Origin: Chloroflexota bacterium
GTDB lineage: Bacteria; Chloroflexota; Anaerolineae; Anaerolineales; Villigracilaceae
Direction: 5' to 3'
Assembly (NCBI GenBank): GCA_049324115.1
Contig: JBMOMN010000036.1
Span: forward strand, 3,207-67,206
DNA: 64,000 nucleotides
Shown: in pieces, positions 28,318 to 36,870 of the stretch
Numbering within the stretch: position 1 is the first letter of the stretch
How the letters are laid out: each line of letters begins with the position of its first letter
Translations under genes and position numbers: made by a program
The notes under the pieces: model-generated
Database searches by the model: none
Told to the model about the DNA's origin: nothing
The model's input: only the letters and a program-made list of their open reading frames with translations

Positions 28318-28380
28318 GTAAGTGGTGGTTGGTAATTGGTAATTGGTAATTGGTAATTGGTAATTGGTGATTGGTAAGCG
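28318..28380. repeat. Heptanucleotide microsatellite (GGTAATT-type, 9 units, 5 perfect)
   Basis: GTAAGTG GTGGTTG (GTAATTG)x5 GTGATTG GTAAGCG. It begins 5 nt upstream of the MFS start codon (28313). Confidence 0.9.
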
Positions 28381-28540
28381 CAAAAGCCTTGCGGAGGTTT
28401 TTGCCAAGGTGACCGAATTTAACCATACTTTGGGCCGGAGTGGAGATTTCGGAAGTCTAGACCTGCCGGACCAGAACTCCCGGCCATCCCGGCTGTTATT
28501 AATCTTGGTAGAATAGACCAACTCAACCGGGAGACGAACC

Positions 28541-29869
28541 ATGACACAAGCAATCGCTCGCAAACCCGCCCGTAACCGGGAACACCGGGCCTGGTACCTG
28601 TACGATTTCGGCAATTCAGCCTACGCGGCCGTGGTAGTGCTGGCCGTGTATTCGGCCTATTTCAAAGGCGCGGTCGTCGGCGGCGCGGAGGGGACGCGGC
28701 TGTGGGGCATATCGGTCGGCATCGCCATGCTGGTCAGCGCCGTCATCTCCCCCGTCCTGGGCGCGATAGCGGACCACTCGGCCTCGAAGAAGAAATTCCT
28801 GTTCGTCTTCTCGGCCCTGTCCTGGGTCTTCACCGCCCTGTTATTCTTCGTCACTCAAGGCGACGTTTTCACCGGGATGCTGTTCTACATCCTGGCCGAG
28901 ATCGGCTACCGGGCCGGGCAGGTCTTCTATAACGGCCTGCTGCCCGAAATCGCCGCGCCGGACGAGATGGGCCGCGTCTCCAGCACCGGCTGGGCGGTTG
29001 GCTCGATGGGTGGGATCGTCTGCCTGTTGATCGTCCTGCCCATCATCCTCCTGTTCGGCGAAAACTCCGACGTCCCGGTGCGGCTTTCGATGGTCATCAC
29101 CGCCGCCTTCTTCGGGCTTTTGACCATCCCGGCCTTCCTGTGGATCAGGGAACGCGCCACGCCGCAGGCCTTACCTCCCGGCGAGAGTTACCTGTCCGTG
29201 GGCCTCAAGCGCCTGGCCCGGACCTTCAGGTCTGTCCGCCATTTCAAGGAATTCGTCAAGTTCATGGTCGCCTTCCTGATCTACAACGACGGGATCATGA
29301 TGGCCATGGACTTCGCCGCGATCATCGGGGCGGTGCTTTACGGCATGACCCAGGAGCAATTGATCCTGTTGATGATCCTGGTCCAGGTGACCAGTGTGGC
29401 CGGGGCCTACGTGGCCGGCCTCTACGGCGAACGGGCCGGCTTCAAGCGGGCGCTGATGGTCTCCCTGGCGCTGATGCTGGCCTCGATCGTCTGGATGATG
29501 TTCAACCAGACGCTCACCGGCTACTTCGTCATCGCTTCGCTGGCCGGGTTCGCCCTGACCGGGGTGCAGGTCGTCAGCCGGACGATGACCGGTTTCTTCG
29601 CCCCCAAGGGCCAGAGCGCCGAGTTCTACTCGTTCGAATCGGTGGCGGGGCGGGCCTCCTCATTCATCGGACCGACAGTCTACGGCCTGCTGGCCGGGGG
29701 CGTGGCCCTGCAACTGGAGGCGCGGGGGATGGAGACCCTCCTGGCGGAACAAACCGGACAACGGGCCGGCATCGCTTCGATCGCCGTTTTCCTGATCCTG
29801 GGCATGGTCATCCTGGCCACGGTCAACGAAAAGCGCGCCCGCAAAGCGGCAGAAGAGTACGTTCCGTAA
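28541..29869 (+). CDS. MFS transporter (UMF1/Atg22-like family)
   Basis: 442 aa. Begins HRAWYLYDFGNSAYAAVV, typical of the UMF1 family, and has 12 TM helices. Confidence 0.8.
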   Translation: MTQAIARKPARNREHRAWYLYDFGNSAYAAVVVLAVYSAYFKGAVVGGAEGTRLWGISVGIAMLVSAVISPVLGAIADHSASKKKFLFVFSALSWVFTALLFFVTQGDVFTGMLFYILAEIGYRAGQVFYNGLLPEIAAPDEMGRVSSTGWAVGSMGGIVCLLIVLPIILLFGENSDVPVRLSMVITAAFFGLLTIPAFLWIRERATPQALPPGESYLSVGLKRLARTFRSVRHFKEFVKFMVAFLIYNDGIMMAMDFAAIIGAVLYGMTQEQLILLMILVQVTSVAGAYVAGLYGERAGFKRALMVSLALMLASIVWMMFNQTLTGYFVIASLAGFALTGVQVVSRTMTGFFAPKGQSAEFYSFESVAGRASSFIGPTVYGLLAGGVALQLEARGMETLLAEQTGQRAGIASIAVFLILGMVILATVNEKRARKAAEEYVP

Positions 29870-29873
29870 CGGT

Positions 29874-30026
29874 GTCATTGCGAGCGATGGTCGAGTAGGC
29901 GACGCTTCCCGCCATATCGAGACCTGAGCGAAGCAATCTCCATCCAAACGGGATTCTGCCCCCAAACAAGCCAAGCCATTTAACCGGAGATTGCTTCGGC
30001 GGGAAAACCATCCGCCTCGCAATGAC
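29874..30026. repeat. Nested inverted-repeat element (GTCATTGCGAG ... CTCGCAATGAC; inner GAGCGAAGCAATCTCC ... GGAGATTGCTTCGGC)
   Basis: The terminal and internal inverted repeats are read directly. Shorter relatives lie at 34207-34253 and 49688-49760. Confidence 0.8.
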
Positions 30027-30040
30027 AAGTGAATAACCCC

Positions 30041-30787
30041 ATGCCAATCGTATTCACCAACCGTCCGCTCATCCGCTCGATCCTGAAAGCCCTCTCCGTC
30101 CCGGCCTTTGCCCTGCTGACCAGGTTGGAGATCACCGGCGCGGAAAACCTGCCCGAAAAAGGCCCGCTGCTGCTGGTCGGCAACCACTTCTCGTTCATTG
30201 ACCCGGTCGCCTTCGTGCGCATGGCCCCCTGGGAGATCGAGTTCCTCGGCGGGGCGGTCACACCCCACGCCCCGCTCTGGACCCGGATCATCCCCTTCCT
30301 GTGGGGTTATCACAAACTCTACCGCGGCACCGGCGCCAAAGACGCCCTGCGCGCCGGGGAAAATATCCTCGAGAGCGGCGGCATCCTGGCGATCTTCCCC
30401 GAAGGCGGCAACTGGGCCACCATCCTGCGCCCGGCCCGCCCCGGGACGGCTTTCCTGGCGGCCCGCACCGGCGCGCCGATCCTGCCGGTCGGCCTGCACG
30501 GGTTCACCGAAGTCTTCCCGTCTTTATTCAGAGGACGGCGCGCCAAAGTGACCATCACCATCGGCAAGCCGTTTGGCCCATTCGAGGTCTCAGGTTCCAG
30601 CCGCCAGCGCCGCGCCCAACTGGAGGGGATCGGCCACGAGATCATGCGTCACATCGCCGAGGTGCTGCCCCCCGAAAAGCGCGGCCACTACTCCGACGAT
30701 CCCGCCGTCCGCGAGGCCGCCCGCGGCAGCGAAATCTATCCCTGGGCGGATAAGGTCGAGGGCGAAGTGGTCGGGGAAATCCATTGA
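30041..30787 (+). CDS. 1-acyl-sn-glycerol-3-phosphate acyltransferase family (PlsC-like)
   Basis: Has the HX4D motif VGNHFSFIDP and an FPEGG motif. ATG 30041 is preferred over GTG 30029. Confidence 0.8.
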   Translation: MPIVFTNRPLIRSILKALSVPAFALLTRLEITGAENLPEKGPLLLVGNHFSFIDPVAFVRMAPWEIEFLGGAVTPHAPLWTRIIPFLWGYHKLYRGTGAKDALRAGENILESGGILAIFPEGGNWATILRPARPGTAFLAARTGAPILPVGLHGFTEVFPSLFRGRRAKVTITIGKPFGPFEVSGSSRQRRAQLEGIGHEIMRHIAEVLPPEKRGHYSDDPAVREAARGSEIYPWADKVEGEVVGEIH

Positions 30788-30884
30788 CCATTTCACCCAA
30801 TGCGAATGCCGCCAATCGTTCAATTCCCGTTAAGACGAGAGACCCGGTTTTCGCCGGGTCTCGCCTTTGGGACAGGAATCGCTT

Positions 30885-31157
30885 TTACTTGAAGCGGGCC
30901 AGCACGTCGGCGGCCTCGAACAGGATGTACTCGACGCCATCCAGCTTGAACTCGGTGCCGCTGTACTTGGCGAACAGCACCTTGTCGCCGACTTTCAACT
31001 TGATCTCTTCGTCATCGCCGACCGCGACCACTTCACCGGTCTGCGGTTTTTCTTTGGCGGTTTCGGGCAGGAGCAGGCCGGACGAGGTCCTGCTTTCCCC
31101 TTCGAGCGGGCGGATCAGCACGCGGCTGCCCAGGGGTTCGATATTGATGTCAGACAT
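30885..31157 (-). CDS. groES: Co-chaperonin GroES
   Basis: MSDINIEPLGSRVLIRPLEGESRTSSGLLLPETAKEKPQTGEVVAVG..., with a GGAGGT RBS. No adjacent groEL. Confidence 0.92.
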   Translation of the reverse strand: MSDINIEPLGSRVLIRPLEGESRTSSGLLLPETAKEKPQTGEVVAVGDDEEIKLKVGDKVLFAKYSGTEFKLDGVEYILFEAADVLARFK

Positions 31158-31180
31158 TGTGGATACCTCCAAATTTGATT

Positions 31181-31636
31181 AGTCTCTATCCGAATATTGA
31201 CGGAATGCGGACTTCAGTCCGCCGGCAACCGGCAAACTAAAGTTTGCACTCCTTTTTTCGGGCAGGTTCTCAGTCTCTATCCGAAAATTGCTGGAATGCG
31301 GACTTCAGTCCGCCGGCAACCGGCAAACTAAAGTTTGCACTCCTTTTTTCGGGCAGGTTCTCAGTCTCTATCCGAATATTGACGGAATGCGGACTTCAGT
31401 CCGCCGGCAACCGGCAAACTAAAGTTTGCACTCCTTTTTCGGGCAGGTTCTCAGTCTCTATCCGAATATTGCTGGAATGCGGACTTCAGTCCGCCGGCAA
31501 CCGGCAAACTAAAGTTTGCACTCCTTTTTTCGGGCAGGTTCTCAGTCTCTATCCGAATATTGACGGAATGCGGACTTCAGTCCGCCGGCAACCGGCAAAC
31601 TAAAGTTTGCACTCCTTTTTCGGGCAGGTTCTCAGT
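31181..31636. repeat. Tandem array of 5 x about 91 bp, each unit carrying two hairpins (GCGGACTTCAGTCCGC and GCAAACTAAAGTTTGC)
   Basis: Unit starts are at 31181, 31272, 31363, 31453 and 31544. Units are nearly identical, with no unique spacers. Confidence 0.9.
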
Positions 31637-31886
31637 GAATTCCCAGAAGTTTGTCAATCTTCGGGCGGTCGAACCCGACGATGAGCTTGCCGCCGATGTC
31701 AATCACCGGCACGCCGCTCTGGCCTGAGCGCCGGAGCATGTCGCGGGCGGCAGCCTGGTCACGGCTCACGTCCACGTCGCGGAATTTGACGCCTTTCTCG
31801 CGGAAATACTTTTTCGCCATGTTACAGAACGAGCAGGTCGGCGTGCTGAAGACGATCACACGCGGCTGGGGTTGTTGAACGGTCAT
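31632..31886 (-). CDS. Glutaredoxin-family protein
   Basis: MTVQQPQPRVIVFSTPTCSFCNMAKKYF (CxxC) and GVPVIDIGGKLIVGF, with a GGAGGT RBS before ATG 31886. Confidence 0.85.
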   Translation of the reverse strand: MTVQQPQPRVIVFSTPTCSFCNMAKKYFREKGVKFRDVDVSRDQAAARDMLRRSGQSGVPVIDIGGKLIVGFDRPKIDKLLGIH

Positions 31887-31941
31887 CCAGATACCTCCAA
31901 AATGGTTTTTCCGTCCTTTGGATGACAAACCTTGCAAAAGG

Positions 31942-32676
31942 TTACAAACTGGCAAAATAATCCAGGAACATGTGACTGGCGGTTAGCGTGACTTCGGGGT
32001 GGGCCTGGCCGAAGGCGCGCAGGCGCGGCTCGTGCGGTCCCAGGAACAGGCGGATGGCTAACCTGGGCAGATCCTTACGAAAGTCGGCGGCCGCGTCGCC
32101 GCAGTGCAGGTGCCAGCCGGTCCCGGTTTTGACGGCCACCCCGCATAAGCCGGGGGTATGTCCGGGTAACGGGATCAGCCACATCTCCGGATCGAAGGGC
32201 AGGCGGATGGCGTCGAAGTCGAACCATTTCTCCCCGGTCGCATCGTACAGGACAAAATCCGGTTTGTGGGCGATATGCCGGGGGACGTAGGCCGCGCCGA
32301 GATACCCCTTGCGGCGTCCCGTGAAAGCCATGTATTCCTTGCGATGCACATGCACTTTTGCATGGGGAAAATCTGCCAGGCCGCCGCAGTGGTCGAAGTG
32401 CATGTGGGTCAGCACGATGTGGCGGACATCCTCGGGGCGGAATCCCAGGCCCTTGATCCGGTTGACAGCCGCTTCGTCCGGGTCGAAGGGCATCACGGTG
32501 ATGGCCCGGAAGAATTGGGTGAACCAGGTCGGGCGGGCGTAATCGTCCAGGCCCAGGCCGGTATCCACCAGCACCAGGCCGTCGCTCGTCTCGACCAGCA
32601 GCGAAACTTCCCCGGTCTTCCAGTCGGAGGGCCAGTGGGCGTTACAGGTGAAGGAATTGAAGATGTGAAGGGCCAT
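31942..32676 (-). CDS. MBL-fold metallo-hydrolase
   Basis: The start is trimmed to MALHIFNSF. HxHxDH motif is THMHFDHCGG. The upstream part of the raw 458-aa ORF is unsupported. Confidence 0.8.
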   Translation of the reverse strand: MALHIFNSFTCNAHWPSDWKTGEVSLLVETSDGLVLVDTGLGLDDYARPTWFTQFFRAITVMPFDPDEAAVNRIKGLGFRPEDVRHIVLTHMHFDHCGGLADFPHAKVHVHRKEYMAFTGRRKGYLGAAYVPRHIAHKPDFVLYDATGEKWFDFDAIRLPFDPEMWLIPLPGHTPGLCGVAVKTGTGWHLHCGDAAADFRKDLPRLAIRLFLGPHEPRLRAFGQAHPEVTLTASHMFLDYFASL

Positions 32677-32994
32677 GTTTATAGAATAGCACAAACTGAA
32701 TATTACGGAGTCCAAAATCTCCAGTTTTTGGCTTTTATGCGTCCCCTCCAATGTGAGGAGACATTGGACTCCGCAGGGCATCGAAGTGAATGCTGTTTCG
32801 TCCAATATCAGGAGATATTGGACTCCGTATGGCTGCAAAGTGAATTTTGTCCGGGATAGTCGTGATGTTTGGAATTTGGGCTGGCCTGCGATTTCTGGTA
32901 TAATGCAAAAACCTACCGAACGGTCGGTTGATTTGTACAGTGCTGAACATAAGATATAATCGAGCAAAATCCTTTTTACGGAGTACCCCACAGC

Positions 32995-34203
32995 ATGGAC
33001 TTCTCCCTTTCCGAAGAACAAAAAATGGCACAGAAGATGGTGCGTGATTTTGCTCAAAAAGAAGTTGCGCCCGTTATCAAAGAATACGACCGCAAGCAGG
33101 AACCCATCCCCTGGGTGCTGGAACGCATGGGCGAACTCGGCATCCTGGGGATTTGTTTCCCCGTCAAGTACGGCGGGCAGGGGATGGATTACATCTCCCT
33201 CGGCCTGGCCTGCGAGGAACTCGAAGCGGTAGACACTACCCTGCGCGTGATCATGTCGGTCCATACCGGACTGTGCGGCATGACCATTTTCCAGTGGGGC
33301 ACGGAGGAACAGAAGCAAAAGTTCCTCGTCCCGCTGGCGAAGGGCGAGAAGATCGGCTGCGGAGCCTTCACCGAACCCGGCATGGGATCAGACGTGGCCG
33401 GGATGCGCGCCTCCGCCAAACGCGACGGCGATTTCTACGTCCTGAACGGCGAAAAGATGTGGATCTCCCTGGCCTCCAAAGCGGATTACGCCCTGGTCAC
33501 AGCCGTCACCAACCCGGAAGCCAAGCGTCCCTCGCAGCGGCTGTCGTCCTTCGTGGTGGACCTGCACTCGCCCGGAGTCAGGCGCGGGGACCTGCACGGC
33601 AAGCTCGGGGTCCGGGCCGGTTCGACCGGTTGGATCAATTTCCAGGACGTGAAGGTCCCGCTCGAAAACCGGATCGGCGAGGAGGGCGAGGGATTCAAGA
33701 TCACCATGTCCGCCTTCGACAGCGGGCGTTACACTGTCGGCTCCGGCGCGACCGGGCTGGTGCGAGCCGCGCTCGAAGCCAGCGTCAAATATGCCAGGGA
33801 GCGCAGCGCCTTTGGCAAGCCCATCGCCGAGTACCAGATGATCCAGCAGAAGATCGCCAAAATGGCCCAGGATTACGAAATGTCGCGCCTGCTGTATTTG
33901 CAGGTCGGCTGGATGAAAAATATGGGCCAACGCAGCACCTTGCAGACCTCCTATTGCAAGAAATTCGCCACCGAAGCCTCGTTCGAGGCCGCCCACGAAG
34001 CCATCCAGATCCACGGAGCATACGGCTTCAGCGACGAATATGACGTGGAACGCTACCTGCGCAACAGCCGCGGCGCGATCATCTACGAAGGCTCCAGCGA
34101 GATCCAGAACATCATCCAGGCCGGGTACGCCCTCGGCGAACGCAAGGATATGCCGTTACGCCGCGAGATGCCCGCCTATGATGAAAAAGAATGGCAGGGT
34201 TGA
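32995..34203 (+). CDS. Acyl-CoA dehydrogenase
   Basis: 402 aa with ACAD motifs (GCGAFTEPGMGSD, YEGSSEIQ). It lies upstream of etfBA. Confidence 0.9.
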   Translation: MDFSLSEEQKMAQKMVRDFAQKEVAPVIKEYDRKQEPIPWVLERMGELGILGICFPVKYGGQGMDYISLGLACEELEAVDTTLRVIMSVHTGLCGMTIFQWGTEEQKQKFLVPLAKGEKIGCGAFTEPGMGSDVAGMRASAKRDGDFYVLNGEKMWISLASKADYALVTAVTNPEAKRPSQRLSSFVVDLHSPGVRRGDLHGKLGVRAGSTGWINFQDVKVPLENRIGEEGEGFKITMSAFDSGRYTVGSGATGLVRAALEASVKYARERSAFGKPIAEYQMIQQKIAKMAQDYEMSRLLYLQVGWMKNMGQRSTLQTSYCKKFATEASFEAAHEAIQIHGAYGFSDEYDVERYLRNSRGAIIYEGSSEIQNIIQAGYALGERKDMPLRREMPAYDEKEWQG

Positions 34204-34274
34204 TGCCATTGCGAGGGGATTACTTCGACGGAAGAACGCCGTCTCGCAATGACGAAGCGTTATGAAATGGGGCA

Positions 34275-34571
34275 GTGATGGATGAAATAGAACCTTTACA
34301 CACGACCGTCACAAAGACCATCCAGACCATCGCGGGGCTGGTCGTCATGGAAGATCACGTCGGGTTTCCCCGCAGCGGGTCGAACCTGTACTGTGTGTCG
34401 GACAAAGGCAAGATCGTCTGGTTCGCCGAAAAGCCGGAACCGGGCGGGTTGTTCAACCGGGTGATGTTGAGCCAGGGCGGGGTAGCCCTGGCTACCTACA
34501 CCATCACCGGCCACGCCTGCGACATTGACTTGATGACCGGCAAGCTGCTCAGCCAGGTGAAGATGCAGTAA
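34275..34571 (+). CDS. Hypothetical protein (98 aa)
   Basis: The ORF lies between acd and etfB on the same strand, with GTG 34275 or ATG 34278 as start. No family recognised. Confidence 0.35.
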   Translation: MMDEIEPLHTTVTKTIQTIAGLVVMEDHVGFPRSGSNLYCVSDKGKIVWFAEKPEPGGLFNRVMLSQGGVALATYTITGHACDIDLMTGKLLSQVKMQ

Positions 34572-34740
34572 CTGGGCAAGGCTTTTAACCGCGGTGAATG
34601 TCCTTGCAAACAGGATATTAACCGCGAAGAAACGAAGCACGCGAAGGAAATCAAAAACTCCGTGCGCTCCGTGATCTCTGTGGTGCAAACTTACGTGTGA
34701 ATATGAGCATTTCACTGAAAAATTCCAAAAGGAGGAAGAC

Positions 34741-35511
34741 TTGAAAATCGTAGCCTGTATCAAACAAGTGCCCGACTCGGCTGCCAAAGTGGTGGCCCAG
34801 GACGGGCAGGTCTCGTGGGGCGATGCGCCGCTGGTCATCAACCCCTGGGACGAATTCGCCGTCGAAGCCGCGCTCCAGCAAAAGGAAGCCCACGGCGGCG
34901 AGGTGATCGCCGTCAGCATGGGCGGGGAGAGCGCCAAGGAAGCCCTCAAACACGCCCTGGCCATGGGCTGTGACTCGGCCATCCTGATCTCCGACCCGGC
35001 CCTCGGCGGCGTGGACACGCAGGGTACCGCCCGCGTCCTGGCCGCCGCGATCCAAAAGGTCGGCGGCGTGGACCTGGCCTTCTTTGGCCGCCAGGCCATT
35101 GACGGCGACGCCGGGATCACCCCGGCCCAGACCGCCCGCGTCCTCGGCTGGCCGATGCTCGGGCTGGCCGCGGTCATCAAGGTGGACGGCAGCAAGGTCA
35201 CGGTCGAACGCTCCATCGAAGAAGGCCGCCAGACCGTCAGCGCCGAGGCGCCGGCCGTCTTGAGCGTGGTCAAAGACTTCGGCGAGCCGCGCTACCCCTC
35301 GTTCATGGGCATCCGCAAAGCCTCCCGGGCCGACATCCCGGCCTGGACGCTGGCCGACCTGGGCATCAGCGCCCCGGCCCCGGTCGTCGCCTGGCCCGAA
35401 CTGATGAACCCGCCCAGCCGCGAAGTGGCCTGCGAGTTCATCACCGGCGGCAGCCCGGCCGAGATCGCCGAAAAGCTGGCCGACAAGATCATCGCGGAGA
35501 AAGTCCTATGA
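34741..35511 (+). CDS. etfB: Electron transfer flavoprotein subunit beta
   Basis: (TTG start) MKIVACIKQVPDSAAKV..., the typical EtfB N-terminus. Confidence 0.92.
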   Translation: MKIVACIKQVPDSAAKVVAQDGQVSWGDAPLVINPWDEFAVEAALQQKEAHGGEVIAVSMGGESAKEALKHALAMGCDSAILISDPALGGVDTQGTARVLAAAIQKVGGVDLAFFGRQAIDGDAGITPAQTARVLGWPMLGLAAVIKVDGSKVTVERSIEEGRQTVSAEAPAVLSVVKDFGEPRYPSFMGIRKASRADIPAWTLADLGISAPAPVVAWPELMNPPSREVACEFITGGSPAEIAEKLADKIIAEKVL

Positions 35512-36524
35512 ACACCTGGGTTTACATTGACCACTTCAAAGGCGAAGTCCTGCCTGCCTCGTGGGAAGCCATCGGCGCGGCCAAAGCCCTCGGCGGGGGC
35601 GTCACGGCCCTGGTCTTCGGCTCGGGCGTGGAAGCCGTCGCCAGGTCCGCGTTTGAGTTCGGTGCGGATGAAGCATTGGTGGCGGATGAGGCCGCCCTGG
35701 CCGACTACCGCGCCGAGGCTTTTGTCTCCACCCTGTCCGCTCTCGCGGCGGAGCGCAGCCCGGACCTGATCCTGCTCCCGACTACCACGCGTGGCCGCGA
35801 ACTGGCAGGCATGGCCGCCATAGACCTCGAAACCGGCGTGCTCGTGGACGTGATCGCCCTCGAACCGGATGGCGACAAGATCATGGCTACACGCCCAATC
35901 TACGCCGGGAAGCTGCTCGAAAAGACCGTCTGCAACGCCAAGCCGCAAATCATCACCCTGCGCGGACGGGCCTTCCCCAAGCCCGAGGCCCAGCCCGGCA
36001 AATCCGGCACGCTGACGAAGGTCGCGGCCAAAGCCGAGGCCAGGACCACGGTCGAAGGTTACAGCGCCGGTGAAGGCGGCGTCTCGCTGACCGACGCGGG
36101 CGTGATCGTCTCCGGCGGGCGCGGCACCTCCAACAATCCCGCCCTGTCCGCCCCCGGCGGCATGGACGAGAAGCAGGCCGAAATCTGGAAAGCCCAGGAA
36201 GGCTTCAAACTCGTCAGCGGGCTGGCAGGGGCGCTCGGCGCGGCCGTCGGGGCCTCCCGGGCCGCGGTGGACGCCGGGTACATCCCCTACGCCCACCAGG
36301 TCGGCCAGACCGGCAAGGTCGTCTCGCCCGATCTGTACATCGCCTGCGGCATCTCCGGCGCGATCCAGCACCTGGCCGGGATGCGCAACAGCAAGATGAT
36401 CGTCGCCATCAACAAGGACGCCGACGCCCCGATCTTCAAGGTAGCCCGCTTCGGCGTGGTCGGCGACATGCACCAGATCCTCCCTGCGCTGACCGAGGCC
36501 TTCAAGAAGAAGCTGGGCAAGTAA
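35508..36524 (+). CDS. etfA: Electron transfer flavoprotein subunit alpha
   Basis: 338 aa with a C-terminal FAD motif [19 protein letters not shown]. It overlaps the etfB stop by 4 nt. Confidence 0.92.
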   Translation: MNTWVYIDHFKGEVLPASWEAIGAAKALGGGVTALVFGSGVEAVARSAFEFGADEALVADEAALADYRAEAFVSTLSALAAERSPDLILLPTTTRGRELAGMAAIDLETGVLVDVIALEPDGDKIMATRPIYAGKLLEKTVCNAKPQIITLRGRAFPKPEAQPGKSGTLTKVAAKAEARTTVEGYSAGEGGVSLTDAGVIVSGGRGTSNNPALSAPGGMDEKQAEIWKAQEGFKLVSGLAGALGAAVGASRAAVDAGYIPYAHQVGQTGKVVSPDLYIACGISGAIQHLAGMRNSKMIVAINKDADAPIFKVARFGVVGDMHQILPALTEAFKKKLGK

Positions 36525-36557
36525 GCCGAAGAGTCTCGACCTTAGCGAGGTTCATGT

Positions 36558-36589
36558 AAAAGAGCCGGGAATTGTCTCCGGCTCTTTTT
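36558..36589 (+). terminator. Intrinsic terminator after etfA
   Basis: AAAAGAGCCGG-gaattgtct-CCGGCTCTTTT followed by T. Confidence 0.7.
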
Positions 36590-36870
36590 GATTTTCGAAA
36601 AACGCAAGGCCAAAGGTGAAAAGGTCAAGATAACGGTCGTTGGCGTATTGCGCCTGGCCAGCGACATTACGCCTGAACTGGCGAGGGAGGTGGTCGAATC
36701 CATCCGCGTGCGCGGCATCTTCGAGGCCGCTCAAGCCGTCAAGGACGCGCTGGCCGACCGGACGCGGTAGGCGAAACTCATTTCAATATTATTAATTTAA
36801 ATGTTGACAATAATTAAATATTTACTATAATTCTAAAAATTCCAAAAGCATATTTCAGAAAAGGTGAAAC

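Noticed and set aside
26980-28614. A 544-aa minus-strand ORF spanning the repeat tract and the MFS gene in another frame.
   Set aside because: Its composition is extreme in Arg and Pro. It is generated by the repeat tracts and an alternative frame of the MFS gene. The in-frame MFS ORF (27156-28313) has proper TM periodicity.
30885-31157. groES without an adjacent groEL, considered as a possible anomaly.
   Set aside because: groEL may lie elsewhere in the genome, and stand-alone groES copies are not rare. There is nothing in the sequence to pursue.
31181-31636. A regularly spaced repeat array that could at first glance be a CRISPR locus.
   Set aside because: The whole 91-bp unit repeats nearly identically, with no unique spacers between short repeats. 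No cas genes are nearby. It is a tandem repeat, not a CRISPR array.
36588-36770. A 60-aa ORF (TTG start) after etfA.
   Set aside because: Its start lies inside the etfA terminator hairpin, it has no RBS, and no family is recognised. I did not list it as a feature. It could still be a small protein if transcription re-initiates.
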